From Candidatus Woesebacteria bacterium (GTDB lineage: Bacteria > Patescibacteriota > Microgenomatia > UBA1400 > MFAQ01), in the NCBI GenBank assembly GCA_035389185.1, contig DAOORK010000001.1, positions 759,419 through 823,418 of the forward strand: a DNA stretch of 64,000 nt, in the 5' to 3' direction. The notes under the pieces are model-generated. The model was given only the letters and a program-made list of their open reading frames with translations. It ran no database searches and was not told the origin of the DNA. Shown one piece after another: positions 59,867-64,000 of the stretch; the stretch's first letter is position 1; each line of letters opens with the position of its first letter. Made by a program: the position numbers and the translations under genes.

Positions 59867-61135
59867 TTAGTTGTTTGGTTGGCAGGTCCAACCTTCGAGG
59901 CTGGATTGCCAGGTAACGTCACCGAACTGGGTATCACCGGTGTACAAGGTGTAAACCGATTCGTCGAGCTCGGGGGGCAGAGTGCCGCAGGCGAGAAGGG
60001 TAACGCTTAGAACATCGTCACGATCGACGACTTCATGGAACGTGGCCTGGAGCATACGCTTCTGGAGGTCGGATTCGCCGACTGTGAAGTCGCCGGACCA
60101 GATCCAGTAGGTTCCCTGGTAGCCTTCGGGGATAGGCATCTCATCGTTCGGGCGAACCTGAACGTGAGTGACATAACCCGGAGTCTGCCAGAACTGGCCG
60201 TAAATGACTTCATTGTTGCCAGTTTTTAGCGTACGGTTTGACTGGATTGTGGAGACAAAGATGCCTTCAGAAGCGGTAAGGCCCCTTGGATCAATCTTTG
60301 TTTCCTCATAGAGCCATGTTGAGGCTTTCCACCAACCGTCGACTTTGTCTGCGGTTTTCCAGCCTGTAGGCAGGGTGTCTCCAGAATTGGCACCGACAAC
60401 GATGAGGTCGTCGATGTTACCAGTGTAGAGTTTTTCGGCAAGGCAGACGCCTTCGGCAAGTGAGCCGTTGAAACGGTCACTGGTGAAGTACATCTGGCCA
60501 AGATACTCAACGTCCACGCTGGCGCCGGGCATGATGACGAACAAGACAGGGTCTTTGGTCGGGTTGTCACGGGTGACCATAAGGATGGTACCCATGACAG
60601 CGTCGCCGTCATCAAGATTGTTTTCAACCATACCGCCTGTCGTGAAGCCTAGATTTTCGGCGAGAGTACAGGTGGTCGGGTTGTCGCTGGTGATGTCCTC
60701 CGTGATGTCGCCGGTAGTCAGGTCGGGGTTAGCTGCAGGAGAACAAGATTCCGGGGCGGTGAAGGGGAGGCTGATGGTAGGGATGGTGAGCTCAGAGCAG
60801 AGCATCAAACCGGCGATAGCGAGGATAGCAAGAATCTTCAAGATGGGCTTCTTAACCAAAAGGAAAAGATAGACACAACCGGAGATTAATACAGTCCACA
60901 ATAGAAACCACCAACCAAGAAAGAATGTGGCGAAAACACCAACGGCGATGACGGCCAGTAGCCACCAGTCTCTGCGGCGGACCGTGAGCCAAGTGAAGGC
61001 GATGACGGCCAGGACAAAGATGAGGCTTAAAACAAAATCAGCGGTGGTAATTGTGCCCAGAAGGGCAAAGATTGAAGTGAACATACGTTCCTCCTTGAAC
61101 GAAAGATATCGCCTTATTGGCGAGTGAATTACCAA
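59867..61135 (-). CDS. membrane protein (4 N-terminal TM) with ~300-aa extracytoplasmic domain
   Basis: 422 aa. Confidence 0.5.
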   Translation of the reverse strand: MVIHSPIRRYLSFKEERMFTSIFALLGTITTADFVLSLIFVLAVIAFTWLTVRRRDWWLLAVIAVGVFATFFLGWWFLLWTVLISGCVYLFLLVKKPILKILAILAIAGLMLCSELTIPTISLPFTAPESCSPAANPDLTTGDITEDITSDNPTTCTLAENLGFTTGGMVENNLDDGDAVMGTILMVTRDNPTKDPVLFVIMPGASVDVEYLGQMYFTSDRFNGSLAEGVCLAEKLYTGNIDDLIVVGANSGDTLPTGWKTADKVDGWWKASTWLYEETKIDPRGLTASEGIFVSTIQSNRTLKTGNNEVIYGQFWQTPGYVTHVQVRPNDEMPIPEGYQGTYWIWSGDFTVGESDLQKRMLQATFHEVVDRDDVLSVTLLACGTLPPELDESVYTLYTGDTQFGDVTWQSSLEGWTCQPNN

Positions 61136-61228
61136 AGTTGGGATTTACTTCCAAATTTTAGTGTGCGTAGAATTGAGATCTACTCTCTGTTTCCTAGTTA
61201 GGCTTGGAAACAGAGGTAAACTTCAAGA

Positions 61229-61678
61229 TTATTTTTTAAGTCGTTTGGCTTTGGCGAAGGAAAGAAGGCCGCCAATATAGGCAAGGCCGGCGAGATTGAA
61301 GAAAATAGCATTTTCGGCACCAGTGTCGACAACGACGTGCTCGGTACAAGTGTCAGCAGATCCGTAAACTGGAGTACAGATAGTGGTTTTGGTGACGGAG
61401 GTCTGAACGGCAACGCTATTTTGGATTGATTTGGTGGCCGCTTTTTCGGTGACAACGGGAAGGGTAGTAGGATTGGAGATAACAGCAGTAGTATTGATTG
61501 AGCCAAAAGTAGACTTGGGAGTTGGGGAAACAATACTGTCGGTGTTGCCTTCAAGCTGGTTAGCGGCAATACCCATGTTATCAACAGGTTTTACGGGAAC
61601 TGATCTTTTGATGAGGGAATAGGTAATTCCGCCCACAAGAACGAGGATGATAAAAATAATCGGTAAGATTGATTTCAT
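61229..61678 (-). CDS. secreted/surface protein with C-terminal tripartite sorting-signal-like tail
   Basis: signal anchor; Thr/Ser/Val-rich; tail VVDTGAEN-AIFFNLAGLAYIGGLLSFA-KAKRLKK (motif, TM, basic). Confidence 0.5.
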   Translation of the reverse strand: MKSILPIIFIILVLVGGITYSLIKRSVPVKPVDNMGIAANQLEGNTDSIVSPTPKSTFGSINTTAVISNPTTLPVVTEKAATKSIQNSVAVQTSVTKTTICTPVYGSADTCTEHVVVDTGAENAIFFNLAGLAYIGGLLSFAKAKRLKK

Positions 61679-61799
61679 ATGCTGGGTAGTATATCAAAGA
61701 AAGGGGAGAATGTCAACCTATAAGAGTTGAGGAGGCTGGTTGACTTTTGAGTAAGATTTGGGCATACTGAGATGGAGAGGATAACAATTAGCTAAAAAA

Positions 61800-62324
61800 A
61801 TGGATACGAATCAATTTCGAGAGTCGGTTAATAAGTCTCAGTTAACTAACGAGACGAAAGAAAAAATATACCGCTTGCTAGAAGACACAAACAACCCTAA
61901 CTCTTGGGAGCAGATCAAAGAGTTGATTATTTTTGAGGCCAAAGAACTAATGAGTTTGACGGATAGAAAAGAAGAAATGGAAGATACTGATATGTATAAG
62001 ACCGATGAAGCGGAGCAAACTATAGAAACACCTGCGGAGCCAGTTGTTGAACAACAGCCAGTGGAGCTTGTGACAGCACCAGTTTGGGAAACTCCGGTCC
62101 AAGAGACACCTGTTCCAGCTACACCTGCTTGGAATCAGCCAAGTCAACAAACAACTGAGCCTGTTCCAGCTACACCTGCTTGGAGTCAGCCAGCAGAACC
62201 AGTACAACAAACAACCGAAGAACCTGTAGAACAGTCGACGCCCCAGTGGGATCAAATGGCAGAACAGCCTGTTCCACCAGCATCTCCGGCACCTTTTCCC
62301 GGTAATGACCAAAATCAGGTATAG
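61800..62324 (+). CDS. hypothetical protein with Pro/Thr/Gln-rich tandem repeats
   Basis: two ~18-aa repeats PVPATPAW(N/S)QP...QQTTE; DNA direct repeat 62107-62140 / 62161-62194. Confidence 0.45.
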   Translation: MDTNQFRESVNKSQLTNETKEKIYRLLEDTNNPNSWEQIKELIIFEAKELMSLTDRKEEMEDTDMYKTDEAEQTIETPAEPVVEQQPVELVTAPVWETPVQETPVPATPAWNQPSQQTTEPVPATPAWSQPAEPVQQTTEEPVEQSTPQWDQMAEQPVPPASPAPFPGNDQNQV

Positions 62325-62340
62325 AGTAACTTAAACAAAA

Positions 62341-62358
62341 ACCCTCCGGATGGAGGGT
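62341..62358. terminator. hairpin accctccggatggagggt
   Basis: between convergent genes. Confidence 0.5.
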
Positions 62359-62384
62359 TGGGAAACTTATTTCAATTTGAAGAT

Positions 62385-62657
62385 TTATATGTTATGTTTT
62401 TGCCTGATGTCTCCAACGCTTTTAAGCAGGTCATTGTGGACCTTGTTGAATTGGGATCGAAGGATCCCCGTGGCGATCAAGGAACCAAGAAAAATGACCC
62501 CGAAGATGATGAGAACGATTGGGAAGTTAGCGACAATGCTCAGAAGAATAACGGGTATACTCACAATGCCCAAGATTGTGGCGAAGACCTGCCTGTCGAG
62601 AATCTTTATTTCTTTTTGGTAAAGAACGATCATGGAAGAAAGATCATATTTGTCCAA
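62385..62657 (-). CDS. small membrane protein (2 TM), TTG start
   Basis: hydrophobic helices; preferred over overlapping plus-strand ORF 62358..62672 that would begin inside the terminator hairpin. Confidence 0.3.
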   Translation of the reverse strand: MDKYDLSSMIVLYQKEIKILDRQVFATILGIVSIPVILLSIVANFPIVLIIFGVIFLGSLIATGILRSQFNKVHNDLLKSVGDIRQKHNI

Positions 62658-62738
62658 TATAGCCTCCAGTGAAAATAGGTTAAAGTTCTAAATGGGAATT
62701 GTATCTTGGTGAAATATGAATGTCAACAATGAAGGAGT

Positions 62739-63365
62739 CTAGTTGACACGATTGGCGTAGACGAAGAAACGTTCGGGTGAGTTCCACATTTGGCAGGTAT
62801 ACAGGATCAGATTCGCATTGTATTCGGTTATTTTTGTACCAGATGACGTTGAGTAAACTTTGTACTCAAAAGGACGTTGGTTCCAATAAATGGTAATGGT
62901 GTCGCCAACAACTAATTTGGGAAGACTGTAAAAAGAGTTGAGTTTTCTAAAAGCGGCAGACCAGTCGAGATAACCCCAACGATGGGCGGCGATGATTATT
63001 GGCCGAGAGGTGTTTTCGGGGGTGCCAAAGTCCGGAACACGCCAGATACCGGTTTTGAGAATCTCTTGCCAGTTGTCTCCTTCGTGGATTTCGCCTTTGA
63101 CTCCAATTTTGTCAATAATCAGACCATTTTCTTTTGGGAGAGAGGGATCGATGTCGGGAAGTTTGGAGGAAATGATTTGAGCTGAGGATGTAGACGGAAG
63201 GTTTTCTGAGGAGACAGTTGAGGCAATAGTTGAGGCAAGTGTGCCTGAAGTTTGGGGAAAAAGGCGATAAAAGAGGTGCGGCCAGGAGGGGAGAAGAGCC
63301 AGGATGATAGCCGAGAGCCAGAGGAAAAGGCCGGTATAGATAAATGGCTTTTGGGACAGGTGCAT
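62739..63365 (-). CDS. sortase-family transpeptidase
   Basis: N-terminal TM anchor; LIIDKIGVKGEIHEG, active-site His in IIIAAHRWGY, catalytic Cys in LILYTCQ (TLxTC), conserved Arg in YANRV. Confidence 0.65.
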   Translation of the reverse strand: MHLSQKPFIYTGLFLWLSAIILALLPSWPHLFYRLFPQTSGTLASTIASTVSSENLPSTSSAQIISSKLPDIDPSLPKENGLIIDKIGVKGEIHEGDNWQEILKTGIWRVPDFGTPENTSRPIIIAAHRWGYLDWSAAFRKLNSFYSLPKLVVGDTITIYWNQRPFEYKVYSTSSGTKITEYNANLILYTCQMWNSPERFFVYANRVN

Positions 63366-63390
63366 ATATTTAGTTTAGCAGGTACAAAAA

Positions 63391-63408
63391 AGCACCCGGA
63401 TGGGTGCT
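63391..63408 (-). terminator. terminator agcacccggatgggtgct
   Basis: A-run/T-run flanks. Confidence 0.55.
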
Positions 63409-63421
63409 TTGATTGATGAAG

Positions 63422-63760
63422 CTATTTTATTTCAGAATTGATCTGTTTCCTGAGGATTTGCTCAGCCTTGGCCTTTTGTGAATATATGAAGGACAGTATT
63501 ACAGCGACGGCTATGGTTACAGGAAATATCAAAGAGAAATAACTGAAACTGATCTGAAATGACAGTTTTATGATCAAATATACCAAATAAGCCACGGATG
63601 CAAAACCAAAAATGAAATTGGCGATGTGATGTTTCCTTTCGTATTTTGTTTCTCTTTCTATCGAATCATTGATTTTTGTCAGCCATCCGATATTGGATGA
63701 AGGGTTATCATCCCTATCAGCTAACTTATTTTGATTGTGTTGATCAACGGACATGGACAA
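63422..63760 (-). CDS. membrane protein, hypothetical
   Basis: 112 aa, 2-3 TM. Confidence 0.4.
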   Translation of the reverse strand: MSMSVDQHNQNKLADRDDNPSSNIGWLTKINDSIERETKYERKHHIANFIFGFASVAYLVYLIIKLSFQISFSYFSLIFPVTIAVAVILSFIYSQKAKAEQILRKQINSEIK

Positions 63761-63847
63761 CCTCCAGTTAAGATCGATTTTAAGGTGAACTTATAGTGGG
63801 GAGAGTATACCCTATAATGGTGAAAAAGTCAAACTGGGGTAAAAAAA

Positions 63848-63863
63848 CACCCCTTGCGGGGTG
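63848..63863 (-). terminator. terminator caccccttgcggggtg
   Basis: A7 on plus means U-run on minus after stop of the partial gene. Confidence 0.5.
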
Positions 63864-63871
63864 TGTGGTGC

Positions 63872-64000
63872 TTATGACGCTTGGTAGGTGTTTGTGAATT
63901 TTAGGAAGCTTTCTCTGCAGATATAGATTCCTAAATTTGAGAGAAAGAAACCGATAACGGTGAAGATAACTAACCACCCAATAGAGGGGATGGCGAGGCT
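63872..64000 (-). CDS. 3' end of membrane protein gene continuing beyond window
   Basis: open frame to window edge ending ...SLAIPSIGWLVIFTVIGFFLSNLGIYICRESFLKFTNTYQAS*; followed by terminator; preferred over ORF-track 63780..63977. Confidence 0.35.
   Translation of the reverse strand, partial: SLAIPSIGWLVIFTVIGFFLSNLGIYICRESFLKFTNTYQAS

Noticed and set aside
62358-62672. Plus-strand ORF 62358..62672 overlapping minus-strand ORF 62385..62657
   Set aside because: It would start inside the terminator hairpin of the upstream gene and encodes a low-complexity acidic peptide; the minus-strand frame gives two clean TM helices and is convergent on the same hairpin. Both remain low confidence.
63780-63977. 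ORF 63780..63977 (-)
   Set aside because: Spans a strong terminator hairpin; the alternative frame gives a membrane-protein C-terminus ending exactly before the hairpin.

Overview
This window is a low-GC bacterial segment with small genes and many intrinsic terminators. As inference only, the type IV pilus locus, the 23S/5S rRNA genes without a 16S, and the self-splicing intron in the 23S fit a Patescibacteria/CPR-like genome. Main content follows.
(1) 1.7-12.9 kb: a two-component system (REC-only regulator plus PAS histidine kinase) followed by a type IV pilus locus (pilB, pilC, five prepilin-like genes including a 602-aa pilin, a LytR_C-domain assembly protein, a canonical major pilin) and galU.
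(2) 13.7-17.0 kb: two tandem, independently promoted paralogues of a ~430-aa HD-motif protein plus an MBL-fold hydrolase.
(3) 17.0-21.6 kb: a minus-strand module encoding PP2C phosphatase, a protein-kinase-like/Zn-ribbon/propeller protein, an isochorismatase-like protein and a vWA (MIDAS) protein. This is a candidate vWA/kinase/phosphatase ternary signalling-conflict system.
(4) 27.3-31.2 kb: tRNA-Ala(TGC), 23S and 5S rRNA with no 16S. The 23S is interrupted in the peptidyl-transferase region by a 293-nt group I intron with recognisable P1, R and S elements.
(5) 36-40 kb: radA, a 'four-helix-bundle / 23S-IVS-protein' gene flanked by inverted copies of a GTATTATGTAT-type repeat that also builds the 23S-5S spacer, and a 1225-aa polytopic membrane protein.
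(6) 47.9-54.3 kb: a glycan/nucleotide island (GT2 with N-terminal extension, two NUDIX, a divergent NDK-like protein, HAD, GT4, HprK-like P-loop protein).
(7) 59.6-63.4 kb: a surface-protein cluster ending in a sortase.
No CRISPR array, cas genes or transposases were seen. Coordinates for CDS follow the ORF track; hand-placed RNA, repeat and regulatory features may be off by a few bases.
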